From contig VRMN01000001.1 in assembly GCA_008690995.1 (NCBI GenBank), positions 620,001 through 684,000 on the forward strand: a DNA stretch of 64,000 nt, given 5' to 3'. The position numbers were made by a program, and so were the translations under genes. Positions 54,608 to 63,796 of this stretch are shown here, in pieces (within the stretch, counting starts at the first letter, position 1; every line of letters starts with the position of its first letter). The notes below the pieces were generated by a model. The model worked only from the letters and a program-made list of their open reading frames with translations, was not told where the DNA came from and searched no databases. Origin of the DNA: Porphyridium purpureum. Its lineage: Eukaryota.

Positions 54608-55765
54608 CTAACCCATTCCGTTCCCCTCCTTCTTGGAGCGTAAACTTCTTGCAAATCGCATGAGCGGCGTCTCCGTCTTTGACAGCTTGACGTTCTCGGA
54701 CTTGGCACGTCCCATGGATGTGGTGTGAGAATTCACAAGCGCAGCCCGGAGCTTCAGTATTTGCTGCAGCGCCTGATCCGCAGTTGGGCGTTTGGACGCG
54801 TCCTTGGCCAGCATTTTTACCACCATCTTTTTGAACGGCTCGCCGAGCAAAGCCCATTGCGGTGAAGCAAAACTTGGTTCATCCTGTCGGATCATTTCAG
54901 ACAGTTTAGCATCGTCCGGGTCTTCGAATGGGTAGACCTTTTCCACTGCGGTGTAAAGCATGATACCAGTGCACCAAATGTCTACTTTTTCAGGATTGTA
55001 CGGAACCCTGCGCAGTATTTCTGGCGCCTCATACGCGCGTGTCCCTGGCCAGTCTTCGTCCAAGAGCTTTGTTTCCTTGGGCTTGCGTCGATGCGCCATG
55101 CCAAAATCGATGAGTTTGATTACCTCGTCGCTGTTCGTGGAGTGCAGCATGAAGTTCTCTAGCTTGAGGTCACGGTGCGTGATGCCCTGCTTGTGGATGA
55201 ATGCCAAAATGGAAAGCACCTTTTCGGCAAAGTACATGGTCTGGGTCTCCGTAAATGCGCCCTTTGTTATTCTGTCCAACAAGTCGCCGCCGTTCAAAAA
55301 CTCGGTCACGACGTACATCGCGTTCCTGTCTTCAATGACCTCGTACAACCTCACAATGTTTGGGTGGTCCAGCTCCTGCAGAAACTGCACCTCATTCAAG
55401 AGCTCCTCACGGTGCTTGTCGCTTGCAATGCGCATGAACTTGATTGCGACAAAGTTGCCTAGCGCGCTGGAATCCTCCAACGTGCCGCCAGACTTACTCC
55501 CTGACCTTGACGGGCGCGGCCGATCGCGCTCACTTCCCGCATCGGACTTTTGCTCGCTCCGAGACGGCGTCTGCTGGCCTCCTGAGCGTCTGGTCGCCTT
55601 GAAAACCTCGCCCTGCCCGCCGGACGCCAAACTGGACAGCACCATGTACCCATTCTCCAAGAGCACCGGCTTCTGCAGCGACACGCCGACCTCGCTCGCA
55701 CGCGGCGTGCCACGAAAGCTCCCTAACCGCGCGGCCGACTGTCGTATCGACGCAATCCGCGACAT
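54608..55765 (-). CDS. Ser/Thr protein kinase, CAMK/CDPK-like
   Basis: GGQGEV, VAIK, HPNIVRLYE, HRDLKLEN, DFG, APE. Confidence 0.93.
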   Translation of the reverse strand: MSRIASIRQSAARLGSFRGTPRASEVGVSLQKPVLLENGYMVLSSLASGGQGEVFKATRRSGGQQTPSRSEQKSDAGSERDRPRPSRSGSKSGGTLEDSSALGNFVAIKFMRIASDKHREELLNEVQFLQELDHPNIVRLYEVIEDRNAMYVVTEFLNGGDLLDRITKGAFTETQTMYFAEKVLSILAFIHKQGITHRDLKLENFMLHSTNSDEVIKLIDFGMAHRRKPKETKLLDEDWPGTRAYEAPEILRRVPYNPEKVDIWCTGIMLYTAVEKVYPFEDPDDAKLSEMIRQDEPSFASPQWALLGEPFKKMVVKMLAKDASKRPTADQALQQILKLRAALVNSHTTSMGRAKSENVKLSKTETPLMRFARSLRSKKEGNGMG

Positions 55766-56733
55766 CGTCGTACAATCCGCCACACCCACTCTTCCGTTCC
55801 CTTCTCTTCAACCCGTTTACTTTCTCTCCCGTTCTCTTGTTTCCCCCTCTAGCACAACTCCACTCACTTTCCGCACCATCAACTCCGGTTCCATCTTTAC
55901 TTTTTTTTTGAACCGTTTTGGAGCACTGTACACTACACCAAACGCCGTTCCGTGTACTGTACCCTACTCGTTTTGTGGATGAAATCAGTGGGCTAGCGGC
56001 AATTCGCCAGAATCATTTCATACGCGCGGTGGCGTTTTTCAAAACAACGCACGCCCATATGAAAAAAACGCACGTTTCTATATGAGGCGATATTGGGGAC
56101 AACACTTCTGTTTTCACTGTACCTCTGGTTTGACTTTGGTGGTGGTGTGTGACGAACACGCAAGCCGGGCTGTGACGCACGTCGCATGTGGTGTGGCCGC
56201 GAGTGTGGGACACGCAAGCGGTCGGAGAGGCAGAGGCAGAGGCATGGACAGTGGCGTGGACGTTGGGTTCCTGCAGCTGCGGCTCAACTGGCGTGCATCA
56301 TGCTCGGCTGGATCAACGAGGTGACGCGATTTCGTGACACGAAGATCTCGTGCCGCGGGTGGTTCCGCGCGCATTCGTGGTCAACCGAGCCGTCGCTGAG
56401 CATTTCGCATCACACGCCTGGACAGAAGCGGGTAGCAGCAAAGCAGCAGCAGAAACCGAGAACGCCGACAACAAGGCATTTTCCAGGAACGGCTGGGACT
56501 AGATGGAAAAACTGGAAGGTCGAGAAAGGATGGATAGAGCGAGAGAGAGAGAGAGACTGTATAAAGTTGCTCAACGACAGCGGCGTCGACAAGCAGGCAA
56601 GCAAGCGGCTGCGGCTCGTGCCGGGCGAGTTGCGGCTCAGGTCACAGCCCGAATGATGGCGCATTGAAAAGGCCGAAATCGCGTCTTTAAAATGTGTTCT
56701 TGAATACAAGGCGTTGCGCCAAGAGAACCAGGG

Positions 56734-57538
56734 CATGGATTAAAAGTGTTCCGGTCCGAGAGACGCCCTGGGTGTACACCTAGAGGTACGGCGTCTCGGA
56801 ATTCTTTGAGGTACAGGGGCTTTTTCGCCCGCGTGGTTTTTTACCCTGTACCTCTGGTTTGTGCATTGTTGTCTTTCGCCCCGAGGAGCCGAAGTCGCGT
56901 GTCCGAGGGAAGCAGGAGCCGCTTGGCGGCCGGCCAGCACCCATTGAGCCGCTTGCTGACGTGGCTGGCTGTGGCTTCGTTCGTGGAACGAACGGAGGAA
57001 AGCCCAGCCTTTGGGAGAAATAATTTCTCCCTTCCGCGTCAAGGACAGCAAGGACGGCGGGGTATATAATGGGCGCGGGCCCGTGCGGTTCCCCGGATTT
57101 CTAGAGAGAAGAAGAAGAAGAGGCAAGGGAGTACGACACAGAGAATAAAGGAAGAGTTGTTCTTTGGTGTCGGGTGCCTGGGCGTGGTCGTCGGAAGGCG
57201 TGGGGCCTTTTGCTGAGCCTGTGTAGCAGAGCCAGCAGCACATCGTGTCTGGGGGGTTTCGGTGCTCTTGGAGCACTGAAGGCAGACGGCGGCTTTGTCC
57301 GTTACGACACCCTGCCCCTGTCGAGACCGGTGCTGTCTGTGCCGACGCGAAAGGCAATAGTAGAGGCCCTATACGTTGGATTTTCCACGCCCCGGGTATT
57401 CGTCGTCTGTGTTGTGTGCGTCGTGTGGTTGTGTTCTCTGTGCTGTGTGCGTCGTGTTGCTGGGGTTCGGTCATCTGAGAAGGGTTGTGTCATCCGGGTT
57501 CGTGCGCTTGTCATCATCAAGCGTGCGAGAATTTAAAG
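56734..57538 (+). repeat. 5' LTR (805 bp)
   Basis: Direct repeat of 61924-62729; TATATAA near 57063. Confidence 0.95.
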
Positions 57539-57550
57539 TGGTATCATCGC
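57539..57550 (+). other. Primer-binding site (tRNA-iMet-like)
   Basis: TGGTATCA(TCGC) directly after the 5' LTR. The canonical iMet PBS is TGGTATCAGAGC. Confidence 0.8.
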
Positions 57551-57560
57551 ATCGGCGAAG

Positions 57561-58517
57561 ATGGATTCTGAGGGAATGGACGTGCAGGGCCTGCAGGGCG
57601 GCGCGTCGTGGATTGAAGCTTTCAACCAGCTTCATGCTCGTATCGGAGGACAAGAAATGATGATTGTGCAGCTGCAGGAGGGAAATCGCCTCTTGCAGGA
57701 GATGCTGCAGAATGTGATGCATCAGGCATCTGTGTCAGCTGGTCCCGGCGAAACGGAAAGGACCGTTGCATCGCTGATTGGACGCAGCTTGAGGAAATAC
57801 GACGGACAGCGCGACAAACTCGTTGTGAACGAGTGGTTGTCGAGGATGAAGCAAGACTTGGACATGTGCATGCCAGCTGGAGCGCTGGAGTCTCAGAAGG
57901 TGATCGTAGCGTCGCGCTTCTTTGAGAAGGATGCCGCGCTGTTGTGGGCAGCTCGCCCTGAGGAACAGAGGATGGCACTGGCCGAGTCCGGTTGGAATGC
58001 GTTCGCGAACTTCGTGCGGACGGCATTTGAGCCGCCGCAGGCATACCTGACTGCTCGAACGAACTTGTATCAGCTGAAGCAGGGCAAGATGACTGTTGCT
58101 GAGTTTGAGCAGCGCCTGAGGATGGTGGCCCTGTCAGTGGATAGTGTGACGGATGCCGAGCTCAACACCATCTTCACTCTCGGCCTGAAGGAGAAGCTTC
58201 GCCTTGAGGTGGCGCGTCAGGACACGAAGACGCTGGAAGAGTCGCTGAGGGCGGCGTTGGCTGCGGAGCAGGTTGGTAGGTTTGGAGGAGACATGAGGGA
58301 GGCTTTTCATGGCGCCTCTAGTCCAAACTACCGGAACAGCTCGTCGTATGCCGGGACGGCGCCAATGGATTTGGGCGTCGTGGAGAAACGCCAGCCGGAG
58401 AAGCGCAAGCATGCGGACATGGGCAAAGTCAGATGCTACCATTGCGGGCAGCGCGGCCACATCAAACCCAATTGCCCAAAGCGGAATGGGCACTTGGCGG
58501 GAGGCCCGGGAAACTAA
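57561..58517 (+). CDS. gag: Gag (retrotransposon capsid plus CCHC zinc knuckle)
   Basis: LKQGKMTVAEFEQR, APMDLG, CYHCGQRGHIKPNC. Confidence 0.92.
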   Translation: MDSEGMDVQGLQGGASWIEAFNQLHARIGGQEMMIVQLQEGNRLLQEMLQNVMHQASVSAGPGETERTVASLIGRSLRKYDGQRDKLVVNEWLSRMKQDLDMCMPAGALESQKVIVASRFFEKDAALLWAARPEEQRMALAESGWNAFANFVRTAFEPPQAYLTARTNLYQLKQGKMTVAEFEQRLRMVALSVDSVTDAELNTIFTLGLKEKLRLEVARQDTKTLEESLRAALAAEQVGRFGGDMREAFHGASSPNYRNSSSYAGTAPMDLGVVEKRQPEKRKHADMGKVRCYHCGQRGHIKPNCPKRNGHLAGGPGN

Positions 58518-58569
58518 AACCTCGAGGGAGAAGTTGGGAGGTGCACTCGAGGGGAACGGAACCTCCCGG
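58508..58569 (+). other. -1 programmed ribosomal frameshift signal (slippery heptamer plus H-type pseudoknot)
   Basis: G GGA AAC lies just before the gag TAA. Stem 1 is CCTCGAG/CTCGAGG and stem 2 is GGGAGGT/ACCTCCC. Confidence 0.85.
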
Positions 58570-61500
58570 GATGGGCTTTGTAGGTGAGGTCTGGCGCGCT
58601 GATGCGGCGTCGAGGTTGCTCTACAAGCGTGGAACTTTAGATGGCGAGTCTGTCCAATTTCTGGTGGACAGCGGAGCATCGCACAATTTTCTTGGATCTC
58701 GCTTTGTCGGCAGATTTGAAGGGCCCGAGAACGGAATGGTCAAGCTTGCGGGTGGGCAAAGTGTCTCAGTGCATGGCCCGGTGTTGAAGCATGTTGATCT
58801 TGGGTTCTGGAAAGGGCCGGTCAAGTTTTATGTCGGGCCTCTGCAAATGGATTCAATTCTCGGGTGGGACTGGCTGAGTCGCGTGAACCCGAGGATTGAT
58901 TGGCAGAGGGGTTCGATGGACTTGGAACTTGAAAATGTGGAAGATTGTGCGATGGTAAATGTCGTGGACGCTCTTTCCGAGTCAAGCGGAAATCAAGCGT
59001 ACGATGGAGAAGAGGAGAGTGCCAGTGAAGAGGTCGAAGGAAAGATGGCCGGGATGGAACATGCGTTGACTCACATGCCGATGCGGGATGATTGTGAGAC
59101 GTGTGTTGTGGCCAAGATCAAGAGCCGACCAGCAAGAAGGCTGGAGAAGGACTTGTCCACTTTGTCGTTCAATGACGAAGTTGGGATCGACCTGGTGGAG
59201 CCCGGACGTAACGTGGAAGCCATCGATGGAGCGAAGTACATACTGACGCACATCGATAGAGCGACGAGGTGGGCCACACTGGCAGGATTGAGAGCCAAAA
59301 CGCATACGGCGGTTGCTGAAGCTTGGACAAGCGTGCAAGCCGGGCGAGGATGGCCAAAGGTACTGAGGACAGATGATGGAAACGAGTTCAGGGGAAATGT
59401 GAGCAATTTGGTACGGGAGAATCTCGTGAAGCATGAGATTGGGGTCCCACATAGACCGAATAGCCACGCTGAACAGGAACGTTTCCATCATACTTTGAAT
59501 CAGGGGGTACGAGCAAATCTCCTGCAGTCTGGGCTGGGAAAGCGGTGGTTTTTGCATGCCGCTCAGCATTTCGTCTTCATGTTCAATCGGCTGCACCCAG
59601 ACAAGAGGTCTGGGAAGTCTCCGTATGAAATGAGGTACGGTGAGAGATGGAAGCGGGGGAAGGTAGCAGTACCATTTGGGTGCAAGGTGGTTTTCAAGAA
59701 TGATCAACCTGAGAACAAGTATGCACCCAGAGGAAAGATTGGAGTCCTTGTTGGAGTTGCGGAGCATCCGCTGGCAATCTGGGTCCTTCCTCAGGAGGAG
59801 TGGACGAGTGCGGCACCGAGGCTGACTCGCACTCAGGACTTCAAGGCGTTCCCTGAAGTGTTTCCAATGCGGACTTTGGAAACAAGGGATGACGAGGAGG
59901 TCTCGGCACGTGAGGGTGAAATCGACTTTCACTCTAGGCAGGAAGAACCGGATAGTCAAGAGACTATGGTGTTGCCTACGAATACGGCCGAGGCGCGTGT
60001 GTCCGGGAACTTGGAGGAGGACGTTCCCCTACCTATTGGAAGAAGGGGGAAACGAAAACCCAGTGTAGCTTGGAGCCGGGAAGAGGATCAGGCCATCATG
60101 GATGGCTTACGGCTCTTTGGCTGGGGGAAGTGGGAAAGAACTCTGCAAGAATACAAGGCAGTGTTTCGCAATTCAAGAAACGGAAAGGATGTGCGAGCCC
60201 GGGCCCATAATATGGGCCTCTCGGAGGAAAATTGGAAGCAACGCACAGGAGTTGCTCCAGAAACACCGCAATTGAACTTGACAACTTTGTTGCAGACGAG
60301 CCAAGCTCTAGCTTCTTCGGCTGGAAGAGAAGCCATGCAAAAAGAAGTGGACTTGATGATCCGATTCAAGGTATGGGATGAGCAACCTATTTCAAGGGAA
60401 GAAGCTCTCAAGGTCCCAGGCGCACGATTTGTGCGGACACACTTTATATTCGGATTGAAGTTCGCTGAGCTTCCGGAGGAGTTTCGCAAGGTCAAGTGTC
60501 GGCTTGTTGCTGGTGGAAATAGGATTTGGGATGCCTCAGGGAAGGTCACTCAGGATGTGTTTGACTATGAGGTGCCCGCGGGCCTGTCTGCAATCAGAAT
60601 GCTGATAGCTTTGGCCGCGATCCTGGGATTGAAAATCGTGTCGTTCGATGTGACGTCGGCGTACTTACACGCTGACTTGTCAGGACCACCGACGTTTGCC
60701 ATGTTGCCCCGTCACGTTCCAGGAGGAGGTGATGGACTTGTCGTTCGCTTAAGGAGGGCGCTTTATGGCTTACCAAGAAGCGGGTCTGACTTTTCCATCG
60801 ATGCCCGCAGAAGACTTCAAAAGTTCGGGTGGGATTTGATTCACGGCGAGAAGAACGTATACGTGAAAAAGATGGCGGGAAGTGCATCTGTTGCACTCTT
60901 GGCCTTGTATGTCGACGATGACCTGCTCGCGTGTGCCGAGAAGGATCGGGGTGAGATATTTCGAGAGTTGAGGTCAGAGTTCCTCATTGAGAAGGAGCCA
61001 GAAGTCCTCTCGGAAGGAGCCCCGTTAAGGTTCCTAGGTCTCATGATCTCGGAGTCGGCGACACGGTTTTCGTTGGATCATGATCACTACCAAACCTTGG
61101 TGGTGAAGGAATTTGAAGAAGAGCTTGGGCAGGTGCTGCGAGCAGTGAAGTCACCAGGCGAGAAGATGAATGCTGACGCTGTATTGGATGTTCAAGTCGA
61201 ACATGGGCATCTGAAAATACGCGAGCATGTTGGGAGGCTGCTGTGGTTGGCCAGGACGGTCAGACCGGATATCTCCTACGCAGTTGGAGTGGTGGCTCGG
61301 TATGTGGATAGCTGGAACGTCGCAGCTGAGAGACTCCTGGTTCGCGTCATGCAATACTTGAAGGTTCCTCGTGAGCCACTTGAGTATTTGCGGATGACGT
61401 CATTGAAGGTCGGTGACGTAAGCGTCTTGGGCTATGCTGATGCCGACTTTGCTGGATGCCCGGAAACGCGCAAGTCAACGTCTGGAAGAGTGACGTACTT

Positions 61501-61933
61501 GGTCGCGGGTGGAAACAAGTATCTGGTCGATTGGAGCTCCAGAAGGCAACGCTTTGTTAGCTCTTCGACCTCTGAGTCTGAGATGGCCGCTCTGGAAGAA
61601 ACGGTGCAGTTATCTTTGTTTCCGGCATTGTCGTTTCTTCGAAGCGTGCAGGAGGGGGATTATGCGTTGACCCTGCTTTGTGATAGTCAAGTTGTTCTCC
61701 GTGCGGTCGAGATGGGATATTCGCCAAAGTTGCATCACATGGCAGTAACCAGAGCCACGGACTTGGCGTGGATACACCAAATTTGCGAGAAGCAGAAGTT
61801 GGTGACATTGGAGTATGTGAGGACGGGAGAAAACGTGTCCGACTTGATGACAAAGCCTTTGTTTCCGGAAGGTCACATCAGGTGTTGGAACATGTTACGC
61901 GTCCCTCAGATCGGAAGGAGGAGCATGGATTAA
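58514..61933 (+). CDS. pol: Pol polyprotein PR-IN-Myb-RT-RNaseH, in the -1 frame relative to gag
   Basis: LVDSGAS; HALTH...CETC; IDL/TDDGNEF/QER DDE triad; FDVTSAYL, LYGLPRSG, YVDD; YADADFAG..ETRKSTSG. Confidence 0.95.
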   Translation, partial: LKPRGRSWEVHSRGTEPPGMGFVGEVWRADAASRLLYKRGTLDGESVQFLVDSGASHNFLGSRFVGRFEGPENGMVKLAGGQSVSVHGPVLKHVDLGFWKGPVKFYVGPLQMDSILGWDWLSRVNPRIDWQRGSMDLELENVEDCAMVNVVDALSESSGNQAYDGEEESASEEVEGKMAGMEHALTHMPMRDDCETCVVAKIKSRPARRLEKDLSTLSFNDEVGIDLVEPGRNVEAIDGAKYILTHIDRATRWATLAGLRAKTHTAVAEAWTSVQAGRGWPKVLRTDDGNEFRGNVSNLVRENLVKHEIGVPHRPNSHAEQERFHHTLNQGVRANLLQSGLGKRWFLHAAQHFVFMFNRLHPDKRSGKSPYEMRYGERWKRGKVAVPFGCKVVFKNDQPENKYAPRGKIGVLVGVAEHPLAIWVLPQEEWTSAAPRLTRTQDFKAFPEVFPMRTLETRDDEEVSAREGEIDFHSRQEEPDSQETMVLPTNTAEARVSGNLEEDVPLPIGRRGKRKPSVAWSREEDQAIMDGLRLFGWGKWERTLQEYKAVFRNSRNGKDVRARAHNMGLSEENWKQRTGVAPETPQLNLTTLLQTSQALASSAGREAMQKEVDLMIRFKVWDEQPISREEALKVPGARFVRTHFIFGLKFAELPEEFRKVKCRLVAGGNRIWDASGKVTQDVFDYEVPAGLSAIRMLIALAAILGLKIVSFDVTSAYLHADLSGPPTFAMLPRHVPGGGDGLVVRLRRALYGLPRSGSDFSIDARRRLQKFGWDLIHGEKNVYVKKMAGSASVALLALYVDDDLLACAEKDRGEIFRELRSEFLIEKEPEVLSEGAPLRFLGLMISESATRFSLDHDHYQTLVVKEFEEELGQVLRAVKSPGEKMNADAVLDVQVEHGHLKIREHVGRLLWLARTVRPDISYAVGVVARYVDSWNVAAERLLVRVMQYLKVPREPLEYLRMTSLKVGDVSVLGYADADFAGCPETRKSTSGRVTYLVAGGNKYLVDWSSRRQRFVSSSTSESEMAALEETVQLSLFPALSFLRSVQEGDYALTLLCDSQVVLRAVEMGYSPKLHHMAVTRATDLAWIHQICEKQKLVTLEYVRTGENVSDLMTKPLFPEGHIRCWNMLRVPQIGRRSMD
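61913..61923 (+). other. Polypurine tract
   Basis: GGAAGGAGGAG immediately before the 3' LTR. Confidence 0.8.
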
Positions 61934-62729
61934 AAGTGTTCCGGTCCGAGAGACGCCCTGGGTGTACACCTAGAGGTACGGCGTCTCGGAATTCTTTGAG
62001 GTACAGGGGCTTTTTCGCCCGCGTGGTTTTTTACCCTGTACCTCTGGTTTGTGCATTGTTGTCTTTCGCCCCGAGGAGCCGAAGTCGCGTGTCCGAGGGA
62101 AGCAGGAGCCGCTTGGCGGCCGGCCAGCACCCATTGAGCCGCTTGCTGACGTGGCTGGCTGTGGCTTCGTTCTGTGGAACGAACGGAGGAAAGCCCAGCC
62201 TTTGGGAGAAATAATTTCTCCCTTCCGCGTCAAGGACAGCAAGGACGGCGGGGTATATAATGGGCGCGGGCCCGTGCGGTTCCCCGGATTTCTAGAGAGA
62301 AGAAGAAGAAGAGGCAAGGGAGTACGACACAGAGAATAAAGGAAGAGTTGTTCTTTGGTGTCGGGTGCCTGGGCGTGGTCGTCGGAAGGCGTGGGGCCTT
62401 TTGCTGAGCCTGTGTAGCAGAGCCAGCAGCACATCGTGTCTGGGGGGTTTCGGTGCTCTTGGAGCACTGAAGGCAGACGGCGGCTTTGTCCGTTACGACA
62501 CCCTGCCCCTGTCGAGACCGGTGCTGTCTGTGCCGACGCGAAGGGCAATAGTAGAGGCCCTATACGTTGGATTTTCCACGCCCCGGGTATTCGTCGTCTG
62601 TGTTGTGTGCGTCGTGTGGTTGTGTTCTCTGTGCTGTGTGCGTCGTGTTGCTGGGGTTCGGTCATCTGAGAAGGGTTGTGTCATCCGGGTTCGTGCGCTT
62701 GTCATCATCAAGCGTGCGAGAATTTAAAG
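61924..62729 (+). repeat. 3' LTR (806 bp)
   Basis: By eye it differs from the 5' LTR only by a 1-nt indel and one A/G substitution. Confidence 0.95.
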
Positions 62730-62877
62730 CAGGGTTTAAACTGTACCTCCACTGTTGGGTGTTCTGTATTTTCACCAGCAGGGCAACGCGGCTGAGAAGT
62801 TGGCGATGGATGGAGGGATAGGGCAGGGGAAGAAGGGCGAGAAGGGTGAGTGTTGTGAATCGTTGGTCGGAGTCAAG

Positions 62878-63543
62878 ATGAGCGCGGAGCTCATGGAGCT
62901 GGCCAGCATGGACTGGACAAACACAGAGCACATGATGGGAACGACGATCATGGCGACGGCGTTCGACGGCGGTGTGGTGATGGGTGCGGACTCCCGGACA
63001 ACAACTGGCTCGTACATTGCGAATCGCGTCAGCGATAAAATCACCCCGATCACAGACAAGGTGTGGTGCTGCCGTTCCGGATCAGCAGCCGATACCCAGG
63101 CGATCTCGGATTACGTGCGGCTCTACACCGCCCAGCACGCCATCGAGCTGGGCCAGGAGCCGCGCGTCAAGACGGTGGCAAATTTATTCAGAGAAATCTG
63201 CTACTCAAATAAGGCGAATCTGATGGCCGGGATCATCTGCGCCGGCTGGGACCAGTTCAGCGGCGGCCAGGTCTACAACATTACGCTCGGGGGTAGCTGC
63301 GTGCAGCAGCCATTCTCGATTGGCGGCTCTGGTTCGACCTACATCTACGGGTACTGCGACTCGAACTTTCGCGAGAATATGACGCGCGACGAGTGCGTCG
63401 AGTTTGTTAAGCACGCTCTCGCGCTCGCTATGGCGCGCGATGGCTCAAGCGGCGGTGTGATCCGCATGGTGATCATTGACTCGTCCGGTGTGCAAAAAGT
63501 GTTTATTCCAGGAGACAAGCTCCCGATGGCATGGCAGGGATAA
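62878..63543 (+). CDS. PSMB6: 20S proteasome subunit beta1 (PSMB6/PRE3)
   Basis: G|TTIMA propeptide cleavage site, [46 protein letters not shown]. Confidence 0.96.
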   Translation: MSAELMELASMDWTNTEHMMGTTIMATAFDGGVVMGADSRTTTGSYIANRVSDKITPITDKVWCCRSGSAADTQAISDYVRLYTAQHAIELGQEPRVKTVANLFREICYSNKANLMAGIICAGWDQFSGGQVYNITLGGSCVQQPFSIGGSGSTYIYGYCDSNFRENMTRDECVEFVKHALALAMARDGSSGGVIRMVIIDSSGVQKVFIPGDKLPMAWQG

Positions 63544-63796
63544 GATGCGGCTCGTATTTAGAGCTCAGAAGTGTCACGTAAAGAAGCAACTCGGTTTTTC
63601 TGACGAATTCAGGCGCAGGAAATGATACTCTGTGCGTCATGACTTGTTTTCGGAAGCACCACCGCTACTGATCAAGAACTGGACCACGGTCGAGATGTCC
63701 ATCCTCACTGAAGGGACAACGAGACACGCACGGCGGAAGCGGATCAAGCCTGTACCTTCTTGAAATGATGATTCGGTTGAGCAAAGCGGCCTGGCA

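Larger units (their letters stand above)
56734..62729 (+). mobile_element. Intact LTR retrotransposon with copia domain order, gypsy-like Gag-PR and a Myb domain
   Basis: Two ~805-bp LTRs, CAGGG TSD (56729-56733 and 62730-62734), PBS, PPT, and open gag and pol. Confidence 0.97.

Noticed and set aside
56186..56733. Possible gene interrupted by the retrotransposon
   Set aside because: In-frame stop, GA microsatellite and no recognisable domain; treated as intergenic.
56740..57536. ORFs within the LTRs (244 aa and 231 aa)
   Set aside because: No domain similarity, and the frame is altered by the indel between the two LTRs.
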